From Bacteroidales bacterium (GTDB lineage Bacteria > Bacteroidota > Bacteroidia > Bacteroidales > UBA7960), in contig JAVIYP010000006.1 in the NCBI GenBank assembly GCA_031323845.1, positions 6,982 to 70,981 on the forward strand: a stretch of 64,000 nt of DNA, written 5' to 3'. Below the pieces are notes generated by a model. It worked only from the letters and a program-made list of their open reading frames with translations. It had not been told where the DNA came from and searched no databases. Shown piece by piece: positions 39,560 to 49,180 of the stretch (within the stretch, counting starts at the first letter, position 1; every line of letters begins with the position of its first letter). Made by a program: the position numbers and the translations under genes.

Positions 39560-40582
39560 ATGACCAATAAAAATACCATAACAAGGCTGTTTCACGCTTT
39601 TGAAGGCAAAAAGCTTCTGATCATCGGGGATGTAATGATCGACAGCTATCTCTGGGGCAGTGTTGACCGTGTGTCGCCTGAGGCTCCGGTGCCCATAGTA
39701 AGCCTGAACCGGAGAGAAAGCCGGCTGGGGGGTGCGGCAAACGTTGCGCTGAATATACAAAACCTGGGCGGCATTCCGGTTTTATGTTCCGTTATTGGCA
39801 AAGACAGCAAAAGTGAACTCTTTTTTGAGCTCCTTCGCGATCAGGGGCTTTCTGACGAAGGTATTTTTGCCAGTGAACACCGTCTGACTACGGTCAAATT
39901 CCGCGTGTTTGGCAATAACGTTCAGATGCTCAGGGTTGACGAAGAAGTTACACGGAGTATCACAGAAGACGAAACCGCCAGCTTGCTTGGTAAGATCACC
40001 GTCATGCTTGAAAGCAACGGCATCGATGCCATTGTTTTTGAAGACTATGACAAGGGGGTGATCACGCCCGGACTGATCAAATCGGTACTGCAGCTTGCCC
40101 GAAAGCATGATGTGCCTGTGGTAGTTGATCCCAAGAAAAAAAACTTCCTGCACTACGAAGGTGTTAACCTGATCAAGCCCAACCTGAAGGAGCTCCGTGA
40201 AGGGCTGAACCTGAACGGCGAACTTGTCGGTCCCGAACAGATACAAAAAGCCGTTCTCGCGCTCCAGGACAAACTTAAGGTTGAAATTGTACTTGCCACG
40301 CTTTCGGACAAAGGCATCTTTTACAGTCTTCAAACCCCTGATGGTCAGCGCGAATCGGGGTCCATACCTGCATACATACGTGATGTGGCCGATGTTTCGG
40401 GGGCCGGCGACACCGTTATTAGCCTGGCAGCCCTTTGTGTTGCATCAAAAGCACCTGTGGAGCTCATGGCCAGGATATGCAACCTGGGTGGAGGCCTTGT
40501 ATGCGAACTGGTTGGCGTGGTGCCTATCAATAAAGACAAACTGCTGCTCGAAGCATTGAAAAAATTCTGCGATAAGGATTAA
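39560..40582 (+). CDS. Heptose-7-phosphate kinase (RfaE/HldE domain I, PfkB family)
   Basis: Motifs GDVMID.Y..G.V.RVSPEAPVP, GGAANVA, DY.KG and DVSGAGDT. Confidence 0.9.
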   Translation: MTNKNTITRLFHAFEGKKLLIIGDVMIDSYLWGSVDRVSPEAPVPIVSLNRRESRLGGAANVALNIQNLGGIPVLCSVIGKDSKSELFFELLRDQGLSDEGIFASEHRLTTVKFRVFGNNVQMLRVDEEVTRSITEDETASLLGKITVMLESNGIDAIVFEDYDKGVITPGLIKSVLQLARKHDVPVVVDPKKKNFLHYEGVNLIKPNLKELREGLNLNGELVGPEQIQKAVLALQDKLKVEIVLATLSDKGIFYSLQTPDGQRESGSIPAYIRDVADVSGAGDTVISLAALCVASKAPVELMARICNLGGGLVCELVGVVPINKDKLLLEALKKFCDKD

Positions 40583-40759
40583 GTGCGATTGGGTTGATCA
40601 TGAACTTATATGGAATAAACCCGGAGAAACCGTCAATGCTTATTCGCGGGTTTTGCCTGTTTACTGCATCGCATGATTCCGGAGAGGGAAGCACACCTAA
40701 ACAAATAATTAGCGGTTGTTGCGACGCTCCTCCCTCCCATTATCCATAACCTTGTTATT

Positions 40760-41401
40760 ATGACTGAACATAAAGATCTTTCTTCCTTTCGCAAGGAATA
40801 TGTCCGATCGGTACTCCACGAGTCTGACGTGCCTGCTGATCCGCTGACATTGTTCAACCAGTGGCTTGATGAGGCCATAGCACAGCAGCAGCCCGAACCC
40901 AATGCGATGACGCTGGCAACGGTTAAGCCCGGAGGCAGGCCGGCTGCGCGGGTGGTTCTGCTGAAAGAAGTCAGTGAGGGCGGTTTTGTTTTTTACACCA
41001 ATTATGAGAGTGCCAAAGGACAGGAACTGGAGGTTAACCCGCATGCAAGCCTGGTTTTTTTGTGGCTCGGCCTGCAGCGCCAGGTGCGCGTCAACGGATG
41101 GGTCAAGAAAGTGAGCCCGGAAACCTCCGATGCCTATTTTGCCGTCAGACCCCGCAACAGCCAGATCGGTGCCCTGGTGTCGCCGCAAAGCAGTGTCATC
41201 TCCGGAAGGGAAGAACTGGAACAACGATTTGAAGAGATAAGCAGGCAGGCCTCTCCTGTCGGGCGCCCCCCATACTGGGGCGGCTACAGGCTGACCCCTG
41301 ACAGCATTGAGTTCTGGCAAGGGCGCGAAAGCCGGCTGCACGACAGACTGCTCTATACCAAACAGGACGACCAATGGCACATGGTACGGCTCGCACCCTA
41401 A
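40760..41401 (+). CDS. pdxH: Pyridoxamine 5'-phosphate oxidase
   Basis: Motifs RVVLLK, FYTNYES.KG and EFWQGRESRLHDR. Confidence 0.97.
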   Translation: MTEHKDLSSFRKEYVRSVLHESDVPADPLTLFNQWLDEAIAQQQPEPNAMTLATVKPGGRPAARVVLLKEVSEGGFVFYTNYESAKGQELEVNPHASLVFLWLGLQRQVRVNGWVKKVSPETSDAYFAVRPRNSQIGALVSPQSSVISGREELEQRFEEISRQASPVGRPPYWGGYRLTPDSIEFWQGRESRLHDRLLYTKQDDQWHMVRLAP

Positions 41402-41511
41402 TTTTTCCGCCAGTAAAATATTCAAGCCACAGTGTACGTTCATATTCAACATTACGGCGAAAAGACCTTAACACCCGGGTCATTGCGCTTACAGCAAACC
41501 GTTAGAAAGAC

Positions 41512-42270
41512 ATGATCACCTGCAGACACATCGCTACATCACTGGCATTGCTTTGCTGCCTTTTGCTGCTCTTCCCCGGAGAAAGCAGCGCTCAGCGCAG
41601 CGGCAGGGTGTTCCGGTTTCAAAACATTCCTGAACACGATCTTAAACCCTATCACTTCGGATTTGCCATTGGGATTAACCGTCTGAATTTTGCACTGCAA
41701 CCACAGGATAGTTTAGAACAGCATTACAACTTTACCTATGTGCTACCCCAGCACGATTATGGCTTCCACATCGGCATTGTGTCTAACCTGAAGTTAAGCC
41801 CGGCTTTCGATCTGCGTTTTATCCCGACCTTTGCCTTTGGAGACCGGTACATTGAGTTTTATGAAGACGAGTACGGCCAGGGACATCGCTACAGACAACA
41901 ACTCGATCCGTATATGCTTGATTTCCCCCTGCATATAAAATACAAATCGGCCCGTATGACTAATACGCGGGCTTATGTGATCGGGGGTGTAAAATACTCT
42001 TATGATTTAAGATCGTTCGAAGGACGATCAGCAGGAGATGATCCACTGTATCTAAGGACGAGGCGCAGTGATCTTCATTATGAACTGGGTGTCGGATTTG
42101 ACCACTACTTTTATTACTTTAAATTCTCCACAGAGATCAAAGCTTCCTTCGGTATGAGGAACCTGGTGCTTCCGGGCGACGACTCCATGCCCTCGGTGAA
42201 TGAAAGACACTGGAACTCCATCGACCGCCTCTACTCACGGAGCATCATGATCTCCTTCCTGTTTGAGTAG
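41512..42270 (+). CDS. porT: PorT-family outer-membrane beta-barrel (T9SS)
   Basis: Signal peptide, HFGF, LRFIP, P.HIKY.S.R..N.R.Y, YFKFSTEIK and terminal FE. Confidence 0.75.
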   Translation: MITCRHIATSLALLCCLLLLFPGESSAQRSGRVFRFQNIPEHDLKPYHFGFAIGINRLNFALQPQDSLEQHYNFTYVLPQHDYGFHIGIVSNLKLSPAFDLRFIPTFAFGDRYIEFYEDEYGQGHRYRQQLDPYMLDFPLHIKYKSARMTNTRAYVIGGVKYSYDLRSFEGRSAGDDPLYLRTRRSDLHYELGVGFDHYFYYFKFSTEIKASFGMRNLVLPGDDSMPSVNERHWNSIDRLYSRSIMISFLFE

Positions 42271-42330
42271 CGCGAATGTCCTGCGGCATTCAGCAAAATT
42301 GGCCTGAGTCAGGATTCCCGCACAAGCTTC

Positions 42331-43422
42331 TTAAATGAACTTCTCTCCCTTCTTCAGCTTAATGTCATTGACAAACTTCCGGATTTGCTGCTCCTGCTCC
42401 ATCCTGCAAATAAGCAAAGCATTGTCGGCTTCCGACACAATATAGCCATCGAGGCCCTGGATGACAACCAGTTTTTCTTCGGGGATGTTGACAATACAGT
42501 TGGAACTGTCGTACAGCATGGCATTTTTCCCCATCACGGCATTGTTACCGGCATCCTTTTTACGTGCGTCGAACAGCGAACCCCAGGTGCCAAGATCCGA
42601 CCAACCAACATCAGTGGCTAAAACATACACATTGTCAGCCTTCTCCATAATGGCATAATCAATGGAAATGCTTTTACATGCCGTGTAGGCAATATCCATA
42701 TACGACTGTTCCTCAGGGGTATTATACGTGCCAATCGCTTCGCGGAAAATAAAGCTTATTTCGGGCTGATATTTCTCGAAAGCAGCAATAATGGCTTCAC
42801 ATGACCAGATAAAAATCCCGCTGTTCCATAAAAAATCACCACTGTCAAGAAAGGACTGAGCCAGCTCGGTATTAGGTTTTTCAGTGAATGTTTTGACCTT
42901 CTTAAGTCGCTCATCATCAGGATAATGAGAATCCTCAATAAACTGAATATACCCATAACCTGTATCGGGCCTGCTGGGTGTGATCCCCAGGGTGAACAGG
43001 CGGTTCTCCTTGGGGGCTGCTTCAAGGGCAGAGTTTATGATGTCACAGAAAGCTTCTTCCTTGAGGATGATATGATCGGAAGGTGCCACAACCAGGTTGG
43101 CTTTCGGATTCAGGTCATATATTTTGTAAGAAGCATAGGCAATGCAAGGTGCCGTGTTTTTGCGCGCCGGTTCACAAATCAGCCGGTCTTCGCCAAGCTG
43201 TGGCAGCTGGGTCAGCACCAGATCCTTGTATTTTTTATTGGTGACGATGTAGATGTTTTCGGCAGGACAAACATTTAAAAACCGTTCATAGGTTTGTTGC
43301 AGCAGGGTTTTTCCCGTACCCAGGATGTCAATAAACTGTTTTGGACGCGTTTCGCGGCTCATGGGCCAGAAGCGTTCACCAACGCCTCCTGCCATAATAA
43401 CTGCATAATTCTCGTTTTTCAT
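42331..43422 (-). CDS. manC: Mannose-1-phosphate guanylyltransferase
   Basis: Motifs MAGG.G.RFWP.SR..PKQF, NTAP, FTEKP, WNSG, SIDYAIMEK and WSDLG. Confidence 0.95.
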   Translation of the reverse strand: MKNENYAVIMAGGVGERFWPMSRETRPKQFIDILGTGKTLLQQTYERFLNVCPAENIYIVTNKKYKDLVLTQLPQLGEDRLICEPARKNTAPCIAYASYKIYDLNPKANLVVAPSDHIILKEEAFCDIINSALEAAPKENRLFTLGITPSRPDTGYGYIQFIEDSHYPDDERLKKVKTFTEKPNTELAQSFLDSGDFLWNSGIFIWSCEAIIAAFEKYQPEISFIFREAIGTYNTPEEQSYMDIAYTACKSISIDYAIMEKADNVYVLATDVGWSDLGTWGSLFDARKKDAGNNAVMGKNAMLYDSSNCIVNIPEEKLVVIQGLDGYIVSEADNALLICRMEQEQQIRKFVNDIKLKKGEKFI

Positions 43423-43507
43423 TTGTTTTTATTTGCGTATGTGGTTAGTTATCTGTGTTTTGTGTTTATGCTTTAGAGGCTGAACAGTTGTGCAGATGTG
43501 CAGATGT
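43420..43507 (-). repeat. Octamer repeat plus A/C-rich leader element, copy upstream of manC
   Basis: The reverse complement aligns by hand to 45911-45992 at 64/82 positions. Confidence 0.8.
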
Positions 43508-43548
43508 AGGGCTATTGTTTAATTGTTGATTCGTTTAATCGTATCTGT

Positions 43549-44175
43549 TCAATGCACCTCTTCCATCCGGACCTTTGTCATCGAATGCACCAGGTACTGG
43601 CGTTTCGTTTGCAAGCACAAACAGCGGACCCTGGTTCTGACTTTTTCTCCGCGGACAAATCTTCTGCCCTTTCTTGTACGAAATATTCCGGCATCAGGAA
43701 CGTCTTCAAGAAACAGCCATGCCTCATGATCCTGACTTTCCCCGAATGCTTTCAGGGCTCTGACGAGAGCACTGTCGGCGATTCCGCCAGCCTTAACCCG
43801 GCAGGAATACTCATACAGCAATGGATGAAGTGACGGATGAAACATGGCGCGGTCAACCGCCTCGCGAATTAAGGCACCGTAGCGTAATTTCCATTCTTTC
43901 CCATGCGGTGCAACACGTCTGCCATAGTTTTTATAAACATCCGCATGAGCCAGTTCATGCAGGGCAACAAGCAAAAACTCATAGGGATTGAGGTTGCCGT
44001 TAACACTGATCAAATGAGGCAAAATGCCGTTCCCGGGTCTGAAATCTCCCAATTTGCTGTGTCGTTCGCGACTGATACGCACACTTACCTGATACTCTTT
44101 AAGAAGACTGAAAAACGGCTCAACTGCTTCCACCGGAAGGTGTTTTTCCAACAAGGCTGTGTGTGTTTGCCGCAT
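43549..44175 (-). CDS. SprT-like zinc metalloprotease domain protein
   Basis: Motifs R.SKLGDF, HELAH and PHGKEWK. Confidence 0.88.
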   Translation of the reverse strand: MRQTHTALLEKHLPVEAVEPFFSLLKEYQVSVRISRERHSKLGDFRPGNGILPHLISVNGNLNPYEFLLVALHELAHADVYKNYGRRVAPHGKEWKLRYGALIREAVDRAMFHPSLHPLLYEYSCRVKAGGIADSALVRALKAFGESQDHEAWLFLEDVPDAGIFRTRKGRRFVRGEKVRTRVRCLCLQTKRQYLVHSMTKVRMEEVH

Positions 44176-44472
44176 AGATAAGTGTTTGGTTTAGTGGAGC
44201 AAAAATAAGCAAAAAAATAAACCCGGGCGCACGATAAACAGACTTTCCGTGCAAGCCCGGCAAACAACCTTCAGCGCTGAACGAAAAACTCAAAAATATC
44301 CGTAATTTTGCACGACGGCACACAGAGTACAATATTAATGTTCCGCAAAGCCTGCAGAATGAATCCGGAGCCGGCAGCTCATGGCATGCGTAATGGATGT
44401 CGATAGAAATTATGGGGGCTGAAGCACCGACTGACCGGTGAACCTCAGGCACTGCAACGACACAAAAGAATC

Positions 44473-45723
44473 ATGATATTAATCATTAAGTTAATCAGGG
44501 AAGGAGCAATATTTGCCATTACCTCCGTGTTGGCCAACAAATTACGTACGGTTCTTACCCTGCTGGGCATCACCATAGGCATATTTGCCATCATATCGGT
44601 TTTTTCCATTGTAGATTCCCTTGAAAAGCAGGTCAGAAACAGTATTTCGGCTCTTGGTGACAATGTGGTATATATTCAGAAGTGGCCGTGGGCTTTCGGT
44701 GCAGAGTATCCCTGGTGGAGCTTTATTGGGCGACCGGTGCCGCAGCTTCACGAGCTGGACGAAGTGATGCGCAGATCACTTGCGGCTGAGGCTGCCGCAT
44801 TTATGTCGGCAACCAGGAGAAGGGTTGAGTATTTAAACACAAACATTGATAACGTGACCATCATAGGTGTGTCTGCCGATTATGACCAGGTAAGAAACTT
44901 CGACATGCATGATGGCCGGTATTTCACCCCCCTGGAATCCACTGCGGGAAGGAATGTCGCTGTGATTGGCTATGAAATTGCTCAAAACCTGTTTCGTGAT
45001 GCTGACCCTATCGGCAGAGACATCAGGCTGTTCGGTTTAAACACTACGGTAATAGGTGTTTTTGCCAAAGAAGGCATCGGCGGGTTCGGTCTCGATCACG
45101 ACAATGCAGTTGTGCTTCCGGTGAACTATCTCAATCAGTTCATCAACGTAAACCAGGAGCGTTACGACCCCTTGATCATGGTTAAAGCCCGTGCGGGCAT
45201 CTCCAACGAGGAGCTCATTGATGACCTTACCGGGGTTATGCGTTCGGTAAGAAGGCTTCCCCCCGTGGCCGACAATAATTTCGCACTGAACGAAACCAGC
45301 CTGCTCTCACAAGGCTTCGACAGCGTTTTTGCCATCATAAGCATGGCAGGGTGGATTATCGGAGGTTTTTCAATACTGGTTGGCGGCTTTGGCATAGCCA
45401 ACATCATGTTTGTCAGTGTACGTGAACGGACCAGCATTATTGGAATTCAAAAAGCACTGGGGGCAAAGAATTATTTCATTCTTTGGCAGTTTTTATTCGA
45501 AGCCATCCTGCTCAGCCTCATGGGCGGTACCGTAGGACTTTTACTGGTTTTTACAGGAACTACACTGGTAGCCAACATTTTTGAAATCGATTTTGCACTC
45601 AGCTTGTCAAACATCCTGCGTGGTATTAATGTTTCAGTAATTATAGGACTGGTGTCGGGGTTTTTGCCCGCCTGGAGCGCCGCCCGCCTGGATCCGGTAG
45701 AAGCCATCAGAAGCACCGGATAA
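44473..45723 (+). CDS. ABC transporter permease (MacB/FtsX family)
   Basis: NKLRT.LTLLGI.IG and GGFGIANIMFVSVRERT..IGI.KALGA. Confidence 0.92.
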   Translation: MILIIKLIREGAIFAITSVLANKLRTVLTLLGITIGIFAIISVFSIVDSLEKQVRNSISALGDNVVYIQKWPWAFGAEYPWWSFIGRPVPQLHELDEVMRRSLAAEAAAFMSATRRRVEYLNTNIDNVTIIGVSADYDQVRNFDMHDGRYFTPLESTAGRNVAVIGYEIAQNLFRDADPIGRDIRLFGLNTTVIGVFAKEGIGGFGLDHDNAVVLPVNYLNQFINVNQERYDPLIMVKARAGISNEELIDDLTGVMRSVRRLPPVADNNFALNETSLLSQGFDSVFAIISMAGWIIGGFSILVGGFGIANIMFVSVRERTSIIGIQKALGAKNYFILWQFLFEAILLSLMGGTVGLLLVFTGTTLVANIFEIDFALSLSNILRGINVSVIIGLVSGFLPAWSAARLDPVEAIRSTG

Positions 45724-45874
45724 TCCAGGGTTGAGGCAGCGTCAACGGGTCAGTTGGCTGTTAGCTCCTGGCTGTTGGTAAATAATCTTGCAAAAAGCTA
45801 AAGGCCAAAAGAAGAGAAAGTTAAAAATGAAAAGTGAAAAGTGAAAAATATCTGTAACATGGTAAATCTTCACT

Positions 45875-45992
45875 TCTGCACATCTGCACATCTGCACATT
45901 TGCACATTTGCACATCTGCACATCTGTTCAGTTTCTCAGGTATTAATACTAAACATTGACAATTAAGAACATACGTAAAATAAAAACACATG
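45875..45992 (+). repeat. Tandem octamer array (T[C/T]TGCACA x6.5) plus A/C-rich leader upstream of gpmI
   Basis: Direct read of 45875-45926. The leader is homologous to the copy at 43420-43500. Confidence 0.9.
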
Positions 45993-47507
45993 AATAAACG
46001 ATTGATGCTTATCATACTTGATGGATGGGGAAAAGGAAAAGGAGACAAGTCCGACATTATTCATCAGTCCAAAGTACCATTTACCGATAGTTTATATAAC
46101 AATACCCCCAACACCATGCTTCGGACATCGGGGGAGGATGTGGGTTTGCCGGACGGGCAAATGGGCAACTCTGAGGTTGGGCACCTAAACATGGGTGCCG
46201 GCCGCGTAGTTTACCAGGATCTAGTTAAGATCAGCAAGGCGGTCAAAGATAAGTCGTTTCAGCAAAATGAGGCGTTGAAAGAGGCATTTGTCTATGCAAA
46301 GGAACAGGGCAAGAAGGTGCATCTTTTCGGCCTGGTTTCTGACGGAGGTGTGCATTCGGCAATGGATCATCTTTTTGGTCTTTGCGATATGGCAAAGGCT
46401 TTTGACTTTAACGATCTGTATATCCATGCCTTTACTGATGGGCGCGATACTGATCCCAAAAGCGGGAAGGGCTTCCTTCATGATCTTGAGGCCCATTTGA
46501 AGCAATCAGCGGGGACTGTTGCCAGTGTGTGCGGACGTTATTATGCCATGGATCGCGACAAGCGCTGGGAGCGCATCAAATTGGCTTACGACATGTTGTT
46601 GCATGGCAAGGCGGAATATTTTAACAGTGCTGCGGAGGCCATTCAGGCATCATACGACGAAGAGATCACCGATGAATTTATCAAACCAAAAATAATTACA
46701 AATGATGAGGGCACGCCCCTTGCTACAGTAAGCGAAAACGACGTAGTGATCTGTTTCAATTTCCGCACGGATCGCCTGCGTGAGATAACCACCGTGCTGA
46801 CACAGCAGGACATGCCGGAATACGAAATGCGTAAGCTTCCGCTCCATTATGTTACGATGACAGAATATGACAAGTCGTTTAAAAATGTTCGTGTAGCCTA
46901 TAAGAAGCAAGACCTGGTCAACACCCTGGGAGAGGTATTATCGAAGGCTGGAAAGACACAGCTCCGCATTGCAGAAACGGAGAAATACCCTCATGTTACT
47001 TTTTTCTTCAGCGGTGGTCGTGAAGAAGCTTTTGAGGGTGAAGAGCGGGTGATGATCCCTTCGCCCAAAGTTGCCACATACGACTTGCAACCTGCCATGA
47101 GTGCTCCTGAGGTAAAAGATGCTGTGATCAGGGAGATCGTGTCGGAAAAGCATGATTTCATCTGCCTCAATTTCGCCAATGCTGACATGGTTGGTCATAC
47201 CGGCGTTTATGAAGCCATAAGGGAGGCCCTTGAAACCGTTGATGCCTGCTTGCAGGAGGTAGTGGAAGCAGGTCTTGCGCATCGCTACAGCATGATCATC
47301 ACTGCCGACCATGGCAACGCCGATTACGGCATCAACGACGATGGTTCGCCCAATACGGCACATACCACCAACCCTGTACCCTGCTGGCTGATCGATAATG
47401 ATTACAACGAGATCAGACCCGGGCGCCTGGCCGACCTTGCTCCTACCATACTGCATATCATGGGGTTGGAAGCACCTGAGGAAATGGAGGGGGATGTGTT
47501 GGTTTGA
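45990..47507 (+). CDS. gpmI: 2,3-bisphosphoglycerate-independent phosphoglycerate mutase
   Basis: Motifs LDGWG, QMGNSEVGH, DGGVHS, DGRD, GRYYAMDRD, ETEKY.HVT, DMVGH and ADHGN. Confidence 0.98.
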   Translation: MNKRLMLIILDGWGKGKGDKSDIIHQSKVPFTDSLYNNTPNTMLRTSGEDVGLPDGQMGNSEVGHLNMGAGRVVYQDLVKISKAVKDKSFQQNEALKEAFVYAKEQGKKVHLFGLVSDGGVHSAMDHLFGLCDMAKAFDFNDLYIHAFTDGRDTDPKSGKGFLHDLEAHLKQSAGTVASVCGRYYAMDRDKRWERIKLAYDMLLHGKAEYFNSAAEAIQASYDEEITDEFIKPKIITNDEGTPLATVSENDVVICFNFRTDRLREITTVLTQQDMPEYEMRKLPLHYVTMTEYDKSFKNVRVAYKKQDLVNTLGEVLSKAGKTQLRIAETEKYPHVTFFFSGGREEAFEGEERVMIPSPKVATYDLQPAMSAPEVKDAVIREIVSEKHDFICLNFANADMVGHTGVYEAIREALETVDACLQEVVEAGLAHRYSMIITADHGNADYGINDDGSPNTAHTTNPVPCWLIDNDYNEIRPGRLADLAPTILHIMGLEAPEEMEGDVLV

Positions 47508-47520
47508 CCAGTTTTGATGT

Positions 47521-47670
47521 GCAACTCCCTTCGGGGTCGAAATCCTGTCATGCATCCAATATTTCTAAATTATGTCATCCCTCCGGGATGATAATGGAGT
47601 CTTCAACGTGCCTTGATTAAAATATAACGAATCATTAGTGTGACCCCGCAGGGGTCGAATATTTATAACT
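47521..47670. repeat. Three REP-like GC hairpins next to the tyrosine transposase remnant
   Basis: ACTCCCTTCGGGGTCG at 47524, TCATCCCTCCGGGATGA at 47575 and TGACCCCGCAGGGGTCG at 47641. Confidence 0.7.
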
Positions 47671-47826
47671 ATGAGCACATATTCACAGATATATATCCAA
47701 ATCGTATTTGCTGTAAGAAATCGCAAATGTTTAATAAAAGCAACATGGGAAGATCAATTATACAAATACATATCCGGGATCGTGCAAAACAACGGACAAA
47801 AAATACTGGCAATCAACGGCATGCCT
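47671..47826 (+). pseudogene. Truncated IS200/IS605-type (Y1/RAYT-like) transposase remnant
   Basis: MSTYSQIYIQIVFAVRNR..LI...EDQLYKYISGIV.N.GQKILAINGMP matches the TnpA N-terminus. Similarity stops just before the expected DHxH (HUH) motif. Confidence 0.8.
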
Positions 47827-47838
47827 TTTCAGGAGACC

Positions 47839-48846
47839 TCACCCCGAGGCCCGTACTTTCAGGAAGGCCGGAAATACTTTTGTCCTGAATTCTTTTGCCG
47901 GTTCCCCTGAAAGTCGCTGTATAAGCATCCTTGCCGCCTCCTTGCCAATATCGTATCCACGCTGCTCCACAGTAGTCAGGGCAGGGTGTACCACTGATGC
48001 GATGGGATCGTCACCGAAACCGGCGACAGCGATTTGTCCCGGCACTTCATAACCATGATCCTGCAACAGGCGCATGGCGGCCACCGCAGTAAAATCATTG
48101 ACGGCAAAGATGGCATCAGCTTCGGTTATTAACGACAGCAATTTACTGCCAAGCTGTTTTACCCGCGCAGGGGTGTCGCATTTCAGCACCCATTCTTCAC
48201 GCTCCTCAACACCGTGCTCCTGGAGTGCTTCCACATATCCGCGGTATCGTTCGCGGCCCACACAGAGGTGTTGTGGACCTGCCAAATGGATGATGTTCCT
48301 GCGGCCTGTTTTCAGGAGATGGGATACCACCATGCGCGCGCCTTCAAAATCGTTGGTCAGCACCCGGTCGGAGTCAATTTCAGGACTGGCCCTGTCCATA
48401 AACACAACAGGGATCTCCTGTTCAACCAGGCGCCGGAGGTGAGCGTGGTCGCGGGTACTCTTACTGATCGACAACAGAATTCCATCCACCCTGTGGTCAG
48501 TCAAGGCCGCCACATTGATCACCTCACGGTGATAGTCCTCGTTCGACTGACAAATGATGACCCTGTATCCCTGGCCATACGCAACCTCTTCAATGCCGCT
48601 GATCACCGAAGAAAAGAAATGATGCACAATTTCAGGAATGACCACCCCGATCGTAAAAGATTTCTGTTGTTTTAATCCAAGGGCGATGACATTCGGCCGG
48701 TAGTTTACCTTACGTGCATACTCCTGTATGCGCCGGCATGTAGCCTCGCTGATTTCAGGATGGTTTTTCAGCGCCCGTGAAACCGTTGAGGGTGAAACAC
48801 CAAATTCGCGGGCTATATCACTTATGGAAACCTGTGGCGACTTCAT
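47839..48846 (-). CDS. LacI-family transcriptional regulator, divergent from susC
   Basis: HTH ISDIAREFGVSPSTVSRAL, hinge YRPN..A..L, and motifs VAGFGD and LTTV.Q. Confidence 0.96.
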   Translation of the reverse strand: MKSPQVSISDIAREFGVSPSTVSRALKNHPEISEATCRRIQEYARKVNYRPNVIALGLKQQKSFTIGVVIPEIVHHFFSSVISGIEEVAYGQGYRVIICQSNEDYHREVINVAALTDHRVDGILLSISKSTRDHAHLRRLVEQEIPVVFMDRASPEIDSDRVLTNDFEGARMVVSHLLKTGRRNIIHLAGPQHLCVGRERYRGYVEALQEHGVEEREEWVLKCDTPARVKQLGSKLLSLITEADAIFAVNDFTAVAAMRLLQDHGYEVPGQIAVAGFGDDPIASVVHPALTTVEQRGYDIGKEAARMLIQRLSGEPAKEFRTKVFPAFLKVRASG

Positions 48847-49038
48847 AAGCTGATCCGGGTTAAATGAATAATTATCTCACCATAAAGATACGTAATAAAG
48901 AAATGCACAATTGAGTTATCTGTTATTAAAGAATGAGGAAACGCAGCACTGCAGCAAAAACCCGCGTCAACATAGAAAAGGGCCCTTTGTTGACAGGGCG
49001 GACCGTTACACATGCATCATTAAACGGGAAATTCTATA

Positions 49039-49052
49039 CGCAAACGTTTGCG
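49039..49052. promoter_or_regulatory. Probable LacI operator
   Basis: Perfect palindrome CGCAAACGTTTGCG with the central CG typical of LacI-family sites. It lies ~50 bp upstream of TAAATTTG (49104-49111). Confidence 0.75.
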
Positions 49053-49180
49053 GAAAAAACTGATTATCAATACCAAAACATTAAATAATTTAAAAAAAAA
49101 CGTTAAATTTGTAGGCTAAATTCTGAATCGAATCAAAACAGCCATTCTATTTTTAGTTTCATTTTAATTCAGTTAACAAT

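Noticed and set aside
40709-41452. 247-aa minus-strand ORF
   Set aside because: Antisense shadow of pdxH with no recognisable motifs.
43549-44175. SprT-like gene as part of the T9SS with nearby porT
   Set aside because: The names coincide only. This is an HExxH metalloprotease domain unrelated to the PorT/SprT beta-barrel.
45875-45926. Tandem array considered as a CRISPR array
   Set aside because: The 8-bp units are contiguous with no spacers, and there are no cas genes.
47827-47910. C-terminal part of the 79-aa ORF 47671..47910
   Set aside because: Read-through into the antisense strand of lacI; only the first 52 codons resemble a transposase.
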